NCBI GenBank assembly: GCA_950097015.1
Contig: CATNEN010000038.1
Location: 18,476,001 to 18,540,000, forward strand
DNA from: Macrostomum hystrix
Lineage: Eukaryota > Animalia > Platyhelminthes
DNA length: 64,000 bases
Direction: 5' to 3'
Each line of letters opens with the position of its first letter. The stretch's first letter is position 1. The notes beneath the pieces were generated by a model. The model ran no database searches and was not told where the DNA came from. It saw only the letters and a list, made by a program, of their open reading frames with translations. Both the position numbers and the translations under genes were made by a program. Of the stretch, positions 26,047-37,440 are shown one piece after another.

Positions 26047-26137
26047 ATCAAAGTTGATTTAATCCTGATTGATTGATTAGCCTATCGATTTATTGATTGG
26101 TTTTCGGTTAGTTTTATTTTTTTCGATCAATTTAACG

Positions 26138-26372
26138 ATTTATCGATCGGTTTATACATTTATCGATCTGTTTATTCACATATCGATCGGTTCATTCATT
26201 TATCGATCAGTTTATTCATTTATCGATCGGTTTATCGATCGGTTTATTCATTTATCGATCGGTTCATTCATTTATCGATCGGTTTATTGATTTATCGATC
26301 GGTTTATGCATTTATCGATCGGTTTATTCATTTATCGATCGGTTTATTCATTTATCAATTATCGATCGGTTT
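26138..26372. repeat. 20-bp repeat tttatcgatcggtttattca in the presumed CREBRF 3'UTR
   Basis: Directly visible. Confidence 0.85.
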
Positions 26373-27414
26373 TTCAAAAGAATTGTTAAAATACTTAATC
26401 GGTCTAACTTCATTTAAATCAAGAGATAATTTTTGCTTTCAACTTTTGGTAATTTAGATGTCTTCTTAAATAATCCGTCAAAGCGATAGATTTTTTCGTT
26501 AATTAGAAATGACGTAGTTTTTTTCGAAATTTTTTTTTGTTTTTTACAAAGAAAAAAATCGAAATCTATATTCACAATCAATATTTAAATATATTATTTG
26601 ATCAATCAGTTAATGCAACAAAATAATATCTACATTTGTCTCATTATTATACATGTCATTTAAAGTTTTGTTAATATTTAATCCAACAGTACATTTTTTA
26701 AATTAATTTTTTCTATCTATATATAGATTTTTGTCTTTATATTTATCTCTGATTTTGTTTCTACTCGGATTGCTTGCTTGTCCTTTTTGATTTTCTAAAG
26801 TTTCTAAAAATATTCTAATATTGCACTTTTTTGCAATTCTATTATCATTTTGGTGCAATCAGTTCTCTACACGCGTCAGATTTTTACCGCTTTTTTATTA
26901 AATGATTTTTTGTGCTCATTTATAGTCTACTATTAGTAGTAACCTAAAATAAATATTTTATTATGCTGCAGTCATAATTATGTGCCTTTCAAACTATTTA
27001 AGAAACCATATTTTTTTGGGTGTGTTTTTTGTTGAAAAAATATCCTATTAAGCATGTCTTCCTGTACAATTAAAAATTTAGACTTATTTTAAATCAGTTT
27101 TTTTATTGTATTTTTAACGAAAATTGTTTACTTAACTTTATTTTAGATTTTTGAAGAAATGCAAAATATAACAATACTGTTATTTAGTTACTAAAAATAG
27201 AGACACATTTTAACTGCCCTAACCAGATTTCACATAGTTAATTATAGAAATTTTCTTTGTTTTGATTATAATTATATTTCTTTGTCCGTTTTTGTGTTTT
27301 TTGAGTATTGTAAAGCCAAGGTTTCATAAAAAATGTCTCGTTTTGCACAGTTTAATCGGATAATTTCGTTTTGTTTTAAGTTTTGTTTTTAATTTTACAT
27401 TTTTTGAAATGCAT

Positions 27415-27530
27415 TGTGTAGCTGATGGACGACCCAAGTCGCAGTAAATGCACAGTTAAATGCCTTCCTAATGGACACAATTAGTTTTAGTCGAGTCGGG
27501 AATCGAACCACCGACCGTCAAACACTAGGC
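27415..27530 (-). mobile_element. Degenerate SINE fragment
   Basis: Plus-strand gttaaatgccttcctaatggacacaa...gggaatcgaacc is the reverse complement of a B box plus CORE-like segment. Confidence 0.45.
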
Positions 27531-28046
27531 TAAAATGTTTTTTTGGCCAGCTGAGACAGCTATGTACTTAAATGCAATCTATTGCCATCAGTTAACAATC
27601 AAATTGTTAAACTTCTTAAATCCTATTATTAAGTTTCATTCAGATATTCTCTAAAGTCCTTCCATCGCAGTGTGCTATTGAAATATACTCTGTTTAAAAT
27701 AACATTATATCTTGAGTCATTCGAGTGTCTGCAGACATTTCTGGATTGTTACAAACAGTTTAATAGATTTTCCTGCTTTTAAATGTGATAGTTTGTTTTT
27801 ACTTAGTATGTCAGGCCTGTGAGGACAATTATATAAGAGTTCAATTGTAAAGGGCGGAACATTTTGATTCACGAAAATCAGTCATTTGGTTAGGGAGCCA
27901 TCGTGAAGGTGGGCAGCGGGTATTTGAAATTCCCCGTGGTCTTTTCCCAGGCTGAAAAATAGCTAGTAGAAGTTGCTATTTCTACTCTTAAGTAGGCACA
28001 ATCGAATATAAGCGATAAAAAAATGTAACAGTTTTAACCAATTCAG

Positions 28047-31000
28047 GCCGATCGTCACTGGCGCTGGTTCAGTAGGCTGGGCGATTGCGTTCAAAGAACA
28101 TTCGCCGACGATGAAGCTTCACCTGCTAGTCATCGAGGTCAAGCAGCAGCTGTTGATTGTCTTCAAGATGGCGATACTTGTCGACTAATGCTAGATAATT
28201 GGCACTGTTTGGATTCCAACGGCGTTAAAGTTAACCCGCCTATTGAATCAATGGACTCTGAAGCTGTGTTTGAGCTGGGCTCTGAGCTCGGCTGCTTGGG
28301 ATACGATCTGCTCAGCGCCTGTTTACTCGGCTCGCGAGTTGGCCAATGTTGCCAAGTCAACTGGGATTCGGCCCTATTCGACGATGCGACCGATTGGTCG
28401 CCAGTGCAGGAATTTCGAGTGAAGCTTCGTGTAAGAACAACTCGCTTTTTCAACTATTAAAGGATTAGAGATTTGAACTACTCCTACTACTAGTCCACGG
28501 ACTGAACAGTAGTACACAGAATTTGGAAGCGATAGCTGCGGCTGCGCCACTTAGCTGAACATCTGACCAAAACTATCCATGAAAGCAAAAATATGGTGTC
28601 CTAAAAAGGGCCGTTTTGGTCTCTTTTTTTCTTACATAATCATACTAATTTCAGTAGGCTGATGGCGGTTTGTAACAGAGCGGTTTAACGCGTTTGCTTC
28701 CCCATGAGTCCCAGTAGTATGCAAGAGGGGCTATCTGGGACAAACGTTTTTGCAGTCGCCATAATCCACGATCTATTAACTTTATTATTCCCGAAGAGAT
28801 CAGGGAAAAAAGGGTCCTCGCCTCTCTAAAGATCTGTATCTAAATTCTAAATTCTTTACTTTATTTCTTTAAGTAGGTATTCCACAATTTGTACTTAAAA
28901 TGGGTCACTATTATTCCGAGTTGTATTCTGTCAGTATAGAATTCTAGGACAAACATTATCACAGCCTCCATATTAACTTTATTATTCCCAAAGAGATTAG
29001 GAAAAAAGGTATCTGCCTCTCACAAAAGCTTTCTCCATTCTTCTGAAATCAGATTTTCTAAGGCTAGCTTCGAGGAGTACCTAGTTTACTTCTTTGTTTC
29101 CGTTTCAATGCAATAATACGTTCCTTGAGAGTCGATAGAGACGGCATGTTTTGGCGGAACGTGCACAATTCTTCCTTGTACGATATAGAAAATATCATTT
29201 TCTATAGAAAATAGGCTATTTTAAAATAAAGGGGGATTCTCTGATTGATATTGATTATTGGCCAAATTCCAAGGCCAGTTGGTCCGCCAAGTTGGCCTCA
29301 GCCTCGCAATTTGGCCCGCCTAGTTGACCATTTATGTACATAAGCGGTTGACTTTCCATTTCTCTCGGGAGAATGATAGAATCCCTCTATTGCAGAACTC
29401 TGTAGGGAAGAAAAAACTGTCCTTACTCAAATCCACACTTCGCACCCCCAACTTTTTCTCTCCTGCTCAAATGAGCATAATACTTGTATTTTTCTGACAT
29501 TTTTAGAACGAATAATTATATAAAAAATTTTATGACCTTTCTCGCAAATCTGTTGCGCGCCTTGCTGCCTCTTATATATGTCATTTGGGGTCTTATATAT
29601 GTCTTTTGGGGACTTATATATGTCTTTTGGGGTCTTATATATGTCTTTTGGGGACTTATATATGTCATTTGGGGACTTATATATGTCATTTGGGGTCTTA
29701 TATATGTCTTTTGGGGACTTATATATGTCATTTGGGGACTTATATATGTCATTTGGGGTCTTATATATGTCTTTTGGGAACTTGCGAGTTTTTTTTATAT
29801 TCAGTTACTTCATATGTCAGTTTTAGAAAATGCTGTTTCTTTAAAGTGGAGTTTTAGGAAATGCACTTTCTTGAAAATGTAGCTTTAGGAAATGCACTTT
29901 CTTGAAAATGTAGTTTTAGGAAATGCACTTTCTTGAAAATGTAGTTTTAGGAAATGCACTTTCTTGAAAATGTAGCTTTAGGAAATGCACTTTCTTGAAA
30001 ATGTAGCTTTAGGAAATGCACTTTCTTGATAAGGGAGTTAAAGCAAGTGCACTGTCTTGAAAATGTAGTTTTAGGAAGTGCACTTTCTTGATAAGGGAGT
30101 TAAAGCAAGTGCACTTTCTTGAAAATGTAGTTTTAGGAAATGCACTTTCTTGAAAATGTAGCTTTAGGAAATGCACTTTCTTGAAAATGTAGTTTTAGGA
30201 AATGCACTTTCTTGAAAATGTAGCTTTAGGAAATGCACTTTCTTGAAAATGTAGTTTTAGGAAATGCACTTTCTTGATAAGGGAGTTAAAGCAAGTGCAC
30301 TTTCTTGAAAATGTAGTTTTAGGAAGTGCACTTTCTTGATAATGTAGTTTTAGGAAATCAACTTTCTTGATAAGGGAGTTTTTGGAAAGGCAGTTTGCTG
30401 GTAAGGGAGTTTTTGGAAATGTAGTTTCTTGATAAAGGAGTTTTTTGAAATGCAGTTTCTTGATAATGTAGTTTAGAAAATGCCGTTTCTTGATAATGTA
30501 GTTTTAGGAAATGCAGTTTCTTGATAAGGGATTTTTTGGAAATACACTTTCTTGATATGTCAATTAAAGAAAAAGCAGTTTCTTCAAAATGGACTTTTAA
30601 GAAAAGCTGTTTCTTAAGTTGGTAGTTTCAAAAACTAAAGCGAGTAATTTTCTAGAATATCCTGCTAAATATTATTGCATACCCATATTTAAAATTTAAA
30701 ATGTAATAAAAATTGTATTTCTTGTACCGCTCGGGCTCTGTGTTGCATAGACATGCTTCTACAACAAAGCTTGCTGCCCGTATATCAGGAATGTTTCCTG
30801 TTCCTAGCTTCCGGATCTTGTCTGATCTGCAGTTATTGTTTCAGCTGCACAAACTGAGCAACGCTTTCTGAGCATAGGAAGATTAACAGCAAAGATTCGC
30901 GCCACAGATGATCAGCAATATTGATACGACAATCGGCTTCCAATGCTTCCACCTCCAGCTGAAATCATGGCCCTTGTATTATTTTGGCATCATAGATATC

Positions 31001-34000
31001 CTGAGACTCAAACGAGCTATGCGCTGAGAATTGAAGGTCCGAAATTAGACTCATTGCAGCCTCCCGACTCAATTTTCTGATTGGCACTATGTTTTAGGCT
31101 TGAAACAATAGCCTCGCTTGCTCTAAAAAATTATGCTGGTAGAAGCATCCGCCATCCATCGATCAAGGCGGATCCGCTGCCAAAGCACGCAGGATTATGT
31201 TTCTGTTGCCTAGGTTAAACGCTTTGTTGATACGGATTTGCGTGTTTAACTATCAGGCAATAAAAGGGGGTAGTGAACTGAAAAATGAGCCGGCTCCTAA
31301 CTACTCAAGGCATTTAATTTATAGAGGCTGATAATGGCTAAACTGCCCGGCCTTTTTCTCGTGACAATGCTCCTCGCGCTGGCCGATCCGATGGTACTCG
31401 ACTGTCCGAAGCCCTACACGATGCTCAACGGCTTCTGTCTGTACTGGAACCTCACCGACATAAAGAGAACTTGGTGCGATGCGGCCCGCTTCTGTCATGG
31501 AATCAACGGCGAGCTGGCACTCGGCATCGCCCGAGCTCGGGCCGGACGGCACCTGTCCATATTACTGTTATGGATCGGCGGCACTGACTTTCTGGTCGAG
31601 AGGTACGGGAACCGAACGGGCTGGCTCATGACCAACGGCACCGAGTTTCCCGAGCTCGGCGATGATGACTGGTCGGCAGACTGTCCCGACGACATCAATA
31701 GCAGCGACGATGGCCTGGCCATTCGATCTTCCGGACTGATGGACGCGACCTCTGGTGGAACGAAGCACCTTCTGTGCCAGCCAATGGAGACACCAAACAG
31801 CGGCATGTTCAAGCGATCGGACTTCATGCAGCTCGGCGAAATCACTCCGAACTACTGTTACACGGACATTGCCATCGAGAAGGAGTTCACCTGCCTGAAT
31901 GCCTGTGCCTCACGCTGGGAGTGCCGCGCTGCCCTGGTCAACACCGACATCGGCCTGTGCCGCATGCTGGACTACTCGGACTCGAGCGTCGGCGACGCCA
32001 TTGAGAAGGACCCGGCCTGGCGCCGGTTCGTCAAGATGTACTGAGTTTAAACGGAGTCAAGCGGCTGTTCTTGTCGAAATAGTTACTATTGTGGTGGTTA
32101 AATACTTTTTGTGTTTTGGAAGAGACCAGTAAGACTTTCTACCAACATAGAAGCGCCAGTTTTTTTTGACCAAACCAAACACTCGAGCTCAAGACCTGTA
32201 GGACTGCTTTTTATCTTTGCCATTTTTTTATCTATCCGTCTATTATAGCTAGCTACTTGTCTTTACTTATATATATTTTTCTACTTGGAAAGTATCTACT
32301 CAAAAATTATTCTCGAACGGGTCCGTTGTGATGGAAATTTTTGCAAGAGACTAAATCAGGTCTTAGAGTTTTGCGTTTCAAGAATTTTTTGCCAAGTGAG
32401 GCTGTTGTCTTTTTTGACTTAAATTGTTATTCAATCCGGCTAATTGAATAATCATATGATTTCTAGGCCTTAATGGTCAGGACTGGAGTAATAATAATCA
32501 TTGCAGGAGGGCTGCAGGCAGTGCCACAACATTTGGTGACTCCTGAGCACACACGCACACAGATACTGTACGCAGGCACACGCTCACACAGGTGTGTACA
32601 TCTGCCCTGACTTTCTCATCGTCAGGCAGTGTACACTTCACTGTGCCTTGGACGTTGGCCCTCAAGGGCGTAAATTGCACGACAAGCCCGCAAGCCTTCT
32701 CTCCGTGGCTGCGCCCCGAATACTTCGGTGTGTCATAAGTAATGTCACTGAGGGGAAAACAGACCAACTAACAATCGCAGATGAACGAAACTGTATCAAT
32801 CAACAACATAGTGTCCCCCAATATCAATCACCCTCTGGCAGTGCTCGTACAGCTTCTCCACCTCAGCCTGCAGGTGTTTTTCCTACAGCTCTCGGAACCA
32901 GTGCAACACGGCTTCTATGACCTCATCATGGTTTGCAAAACTTCTCTGGGAAAAGTCAGCCTTCAGCCATTTGAAGAGGAACCTGTCGCACAAGTTGAAG
33001 TCTGGGCTGTAGGGACTCTGTCAGAGCAGATTCACCCGCCGTCCAGCCAGAAAATCCGAAACAGCCTGACAGGTGTGCGGCCGTGCGTTGTCCTGCAGAC
33101 TGCAGATTTTCATGCATTAAGAAGATTCACGAGTAGCCTTCTATGTGCAAATGCTTTTTAACAGTGTACAAGTATTATGCTCATTTGAGCAGGTGGACCG
33201 CTTATGTACATAAATGGTCAACTAGGCGGGCCAAATTGCGAGGCTGAGGCCAACTTGGCGGACCAACTGGCCTTGGAATTTGGCCAATAATCAATATCAA
33301 TCAGAGAATCCCCCTTTCTTTTAAAATAGCCTATTTTCTATAGAAAATGATATTTTCTATATCGTACAAGGAAGAATTGTGCACGTTCCGCCAAAACATG
33401 CCGTCTCTATCGACCAAGGACCCCTGAATAGAAGCATAGAAGCAAAAATAGATGCTATTTATAGAAGTCCTTGCTATCGACTCTCTAGGAACGTATTATT
33501 GCATTGAAACGGAAACAAAGAAACTAGGTACTCCTCGAAGCTAGCCTTAGAAAATCTGATTTCAGAAGAATGGAGAAAGCTTTTGTGAGAGGCAGATACC
33601 TTTTTTCCTGATCTCTTTGGGAATAATAAAGTTAATATGGAGGCTGCGATAATGTTTGTCCTAGAATTCTATACTGACAGAATACAACTCGGAATAATAG
33701 TGACCCATTTTAAGTACAAATTGTGGAATACCTACTTTAAGAAATAAAGTAAAGAATTTAGAGGCCTTTTTGAGGACCAAACTCCAAGGCACAGTGAGAG
33801 TGTACACTGTTTGACATGAGAAAGTCGGGGCAGATGTACACACCTGTGTGCGTGTGTGCTCAGGAGTCTACGAAATGGGCAGAATTGCCTCCTCGCTGGC
33901 TGCGGGTCTCGTGGCTAGGCACAATTGATGTACCATTGCCTGCTGACCTCCTGCAATTATAGTTATTGTAACTATTGTTAGTATTGTTAGTAGCTGATAA

Positions 34001-34656
34001 ACAGACTTACGTGGTGTCTTTTTTGGCCATTTCGTAATTGCCCTGCTTATTTATTGTTTTAGATAAACTTTGCTTTGAAAATTTTCTAGTTGACGCTTCT
34101 CGTTAACATGGCAACCAGCTACGTCGAGCTGAGCCCTGACGATCGCCTGCAACTAGCCGAACGTTACAAATCACGCGGCAACGATTTTTTCCGCTCTAAT
34201 CAACCAGAATCGGCCATGTTAAATTACAATCGAGCTTTAGCATATTGCCTGTTGCCAGGCAACCGCGTCGCCGTTTCGCCAACCTCAGTCTCTGATTGGT
34301 CGGCGGATTCCCGCCTGCTTAGCCTTGCCCGCCTGATTCGTCAGAACATGGCCGGCGTTCAGCTGGCCTCGTCGCCGTTCGATGCCAGTTTTGCGCTGGC
34401 CAATTGCGAGGCCGCTTTGAAGGACAGCGATGACGACAGCGTCGAAATGCGTGCCAAACGCCTGTACAGGCGCGGCTGCGCTAACATCGCCCTGGGAGAC
34501 ATCGATTCGGCGCGTCGGGATCTGTCGCAGGCGGCCAGGCTGGCTCCGACTGACAGAACCATTGCGGCGCGATTGAAGGAGATGGAATCGGCATCGAAAA
34601 CTGCCGATGCGAAGTTGGCTAGCGGGCTCAAGGCAATGTTCGCTCCTGGAAGATAA
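28047..34656 (+). CDS. FKBPL: FKBP-like (degenerate PPIase + TPR) protein, ~316 aa, 2 main exons
   Basis: Exons 28047-28430 and 34090-34656 join in phase 0: ...DLLSACLLGSRVGQCCQV...FRVKLR|LTLLVNMATSYVELSPDDRLQLAERYKSRGNDFF. TPRs include KRLYRRGCANIALGDIDSARRDL. The C-terminus LASGLKAMF resembles FKBPL. A 12-nt upstream exon at 27807-27818 is possible. The start codon is unresolved. Confidence 0.75.
28846..29348. repeat. Left arm of ~500-bp inverted repeat
   Basis: Near-identical reverse complement of 33197-33762. Confidence 0.92.
29570..29782. repeat. 21-bp minisatellite cttatatatgtcatttggggt
   Basis: Period 21. Confidence 0.93.
29845..30620. repeat. 31-bp minisatellite tttcttgaaaatgtagttttaggaaatgcac
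   Basis: Period 31, decaying rightwards. Confidence 0.92.
31334..32044 (+). CDS. Secreted C-type lectin domain + PAN/apple domain protein (236 aa, intronless), nested in the FKBPL-like intron
   Basis: Signal peptide MAKLPGLFLVTMLLALA. CTLD: CPKPYTMLNGFCLY...TWCDAARFCHGINGELA...LWIGGTD...HLLCQ. PAN-like Cys pattern: CY...TCLNACASRWECRAALVNTDIGLCRML. Strongly GC3-rich codons. Confidence 0.85.
   Translation: MAKLPGLFLVTMLLALADPMVLDCPKPYTMLNGFCLYWNLTDIKRTWCDAARFCHGINGELALGIARARAGRHLSILLLWIGGTDFLVERYGNRTGWLMTNGTEFPELGDDDWSADCPDDINSSDDGLAIRSSGLMDATSGGTKHLLCQPMETPNSGMFKRSDFMQLGEITPNYCYTDIAIEKEFTCLNACASRWECRAALVNTDIGLCRMLDYSDSSVGDAIEKDPAWRRFVKMY
32490..32720 (-). mobile_element. tRNA-derived SINE (family A), head truncated by mariner
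   Basis: Body and tail match family A. Homology stops at the TA of the mariner end. Confidence 0.82.
32721..33190 (-). mobile_element. mariner-family transposon, 3' remnant (pseudo-transposase)
   Basis: The minus strand encodes LQDNARPHTC...NLL*QSPYSPDFNLCDRFLFKWLK...QRVIDIGGHYVVD* (mariner HDNARPH and YSPDL motifs, with an in-frame stop). It terminates at TA 32721-22. Confidence 0.85.
33197..33762. repeat. Right arm of ~500-bp inverted repeat
   Basis: Reverse complement of 28846-29348 plus a 59-bp insertion with TSD. Confidence 0.92.
33415..33473. mobile_element. 59-bp hAT-type micro-MITE
   Basis: TIRs caaggac/gtccttg and an 8-bp TSD ctatcgac (33407-14, 33474-81). The empty site is in the left arm at 29131-38. 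Confidence 0.88.
33770..33965 (+). mobile_element. tRNA-derived SINE (family A), 5'-truncated
   Basis: Matches 8541-8760. Confidence 0.82.
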
Positions 34657-34689
34657 ATCTGCTGGCTGTTCTTTCCAACTAATCCCTTC

Positions 34690-35560
34690 AACCCTTAATC
34701 CTTTAGTAATCACCTTGATCCTTAATCCTTTAGTAATCACCTTAATCCTTAATCCTTTAGTAATCGCCTTGATCCTTAATCCTTAAGTAATCACCTAATT
34801 CTTAATCCTTAATCCTTTCGTAATTACCTTAATCCTTAATCCATTAGTAATAACCTTGATCCTTAATCCTTTATTATTAACCCTGATCCTTAATCCTTTA
34901 GTAATAACCTTGATCCTTAATCCTTTAGTAATCACCTTAATCCTTAATCCTTAATCCTTTAGTATCACCTTAATCCTTAATCCTTTAGTAATCACCTTGA
35001 TCCCTAATCCTTTAGTAAATCACCTTAATTCTTAATCCTTAATTCTTTTGTAATCACCTTGATCCTAAATTCTTTAGTAATTACCTTAATCCTTAATCCT
35101 TAATCCTTTAGTAATAACCTTGATCCTTAATCCTTAATTCTTTAGTAATTACCTTAATCCTTAATCCTTAACTCTTTAGTAATTACCTTAATCCTTAATC
35201 CTTAATCCTTTAGTAATAACCTTGATCCTTAATCCTTAATTCTTTAGTAATTACCTTAATCCTTAATACTTAATCCTTTAGTAATAACCTTGATCCTTAA
35301 TCCTTAATTCTTTAGTAATTACCTTAATCCTTAATCCTTAATCCTTTAGTAATAACCTTGATCCTTAATCCTTTAGTAATCACCTTAATCCTGAATCCTT
35401 TCGTAATCCCTTAAGTCCTTAATCATTTAGTAATCCCTTAAATCCCCTATCATATGTACATTAATCCCTTAAATCCCCTATCCTATGTACAGTAATCCCT
35501 TACAGAATCCTCAATCCTTTTGTAATGTCCATTGAATCCTTAATCATGTAGTAATATTTC
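34690..35560. repeat. Minisatellite built from ccttaat 7-mers (~27-34 bp unit ccttaatcctttagtaatcaccttgat)
   Basis: Directly visible, just downstream of the FKBPL-like stop codon. Confidence 0.9.
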
Positions 35561-35598
35561 AGTAATAGCTTAATTCTGCCGATTCTGTCCGTTTCACT

Positions 35599-35760
35599 GG
35601 CTCCTAAGGGCACACACGCACACAGATACTGTATGCAGGCAAACATTCACACAGGTGTGTACATCTTCCCAGACTTTCTCATCGTCAGGCAGTGCACACT
35701 CTCACTGTGCCTTGGAGGTTGGCCCTCTAGGCCGTAAATTGCACGACAAGCCTCCAAGCA
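35599..35760 (-). mobile_element. tRNA-derived SINE (family A), internal fragment
   Basis: Matches 14205-14365. Confidence 0.8.
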
Positions 35761-36385
35761 TCCAGGCGAACTGCATTAGACCGTTATGTAACTGACTCCT
35801 CCCCTAATCCCTTAATTAGGAATCCTTAAATCCAGAATCTTTTTTACATTAAATCTGGGAAAAATGCTTGTTCATTTTTAAAGCGCAACTGATTACATTT
35901 TTTCGCATCATTTTTAATAAAAGTAAAATGTTATTGCGTTTTTTTGTCTTCATTTACTTTTGTAATGTAATGCCTGTGTTTAATAGGTTAGATTTTATTG
36001 AATAAGCATAAATCTGATGACGAGTCATGTTTGGATAGTAAAATTCTTTATCATCAGCTACGATACTTATTAGTAGTATTGGAAGGTTATGTAGACAATA
36101 ACTGTTTATTATTTAGTATTTTTGTTTTGTACTTTTAAGTCTCTTTCTCAGGTAAATACGCACGCAATTAAAGGGGTGTTAAAGTGCAGGAATAAATTAG
36201 CTTACTCTGCGGTTAAGCTTAACAACTTCCGCTATTAAAAAAATAACAAAAAACAACTTCGTTTACGTTTCATGCAACACGTGTAACAAGATTTGTCACA
36301 TAATTATGTATTTTACAGACATTTTTACAAAAAAAGTTTTCATGACTCTACTAGTGGCATTAGTGATTTGTCTTCTACGAGTGTA

Positions 36386-37010
36386 ATGGCAATCCACAGT
36401 CTTCCAATGACAATCCACAGTCTAATAATGACAATCCACAGTCTTCTAGCGACAATCCACAGTCTTCTAATGACAATCCACAGTCTTCCAATGACAATCC
36501 ACAGTCAAATAATGACAATCCACAGTCAAATAATGACAATCCACAGTCTTCTAATGACAATCCAGTCTTCTAACGACAATACACAGTCTTCTAGCGACAA
36601 TCCACAGTATAATAATGACAATCCACAGTCTTCTAATTGAACCCAATCGCTTTCTAATTCGATTGTAATGGATCCCAATCTCCTAATTGGATTGTAGTGG
36701 AACCCAACCGCTTTCTAATTGGATTCTAATGGAACCCAACCGCTTTCTAATAGGATTCTAATGGAACCCAACCGCTTTCTAATTGGATTCTAATGGAACC
36801 CAATCTCCTAATTGGATTCTAATGGAACCCAATCTCCTAATTGGATTCTAATGGAACCCAATCTCCTAATTGGATTCTAATGGAACGCAACCTCCTAATT
36901 GGATTCTAATGGAACCCAATCTCCTAATTTGATTGTAATGGAACCCAATCTTCTAATTGGATTCTAATGGAACCTAATCTCTTTCATATTGGGTTCTAGT
37001 GGATCTTCTA
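36386..37010. repeat. Two adjacent minisatellites: 21-bp atgacaatccacagtcttcta (36386-36640) and ~29-31-bp ggattctaatggaacccaatctcctaatt (36640-37010)
   Basis: Directly visible. Confidence 0.9.
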
Positions 37011-37050
37011 ATGGCGTGACAGAGTTAAGTAATACATAAAGGAGCTGAAT

Positions 37051-37440
37051 TCAGTACAGAGAATTGCACCGGTGCCTCCCAGTTTGCCAAGCGTCGTCTG
37101 GCACAACTGCAGTCGAAGCCGCAGCAGCCGCCGCGCTTAGAAGCCTCGAGCTGAGCAGATCGCTTTGGTCCTGCCGGATGGTCTTCAGTTTCTGATGAAA
37201 TTCGCGCTCCAACGCTCGCTCAGTCTCTTTTAGACGATTCCGTTCGACAATGTTCATGGATTTCACCAGTCTGCCTCGTTCACGATCTTGAATACACGAT
37301 TCCCAGGCTAGTTCCTCGCGTTTGTCTAGTCTTCTACGTTGGCTAGTCTCGTAGCGTTGTTCGGCGCTTAACGGCCGAAAAATGTCATTTTCTTCTGGCC
37401 TAGCAGCCTGTTGGTTATTCGTACAGTTGGCTTGGCTCAT
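37051..37440 (-). CDS. Uncharacterised coiled-coil protein (129 aa; 3' end may be spliced)
   Basis: ATG-initiated, non-repetitive ORF with charged helical sequence (RNRLKETERALEREFHQKLKTIRQDQSDL). TATAAAAAG lies ~65 bp upstream on the - strand (37502-37510). Confidence 0.6.
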   Translation of the reverse strand: MSQANCTNNQQAARPEENDIFRPLSAEQRYETSQRRRLDKREELAWESCIQDRERGRLVKSMNIVERNRLKETERALEREFHQKLKTIRQDQSDLLSSRLLSAAAAAASTAVVPDDAWQTGRHRCNSLY

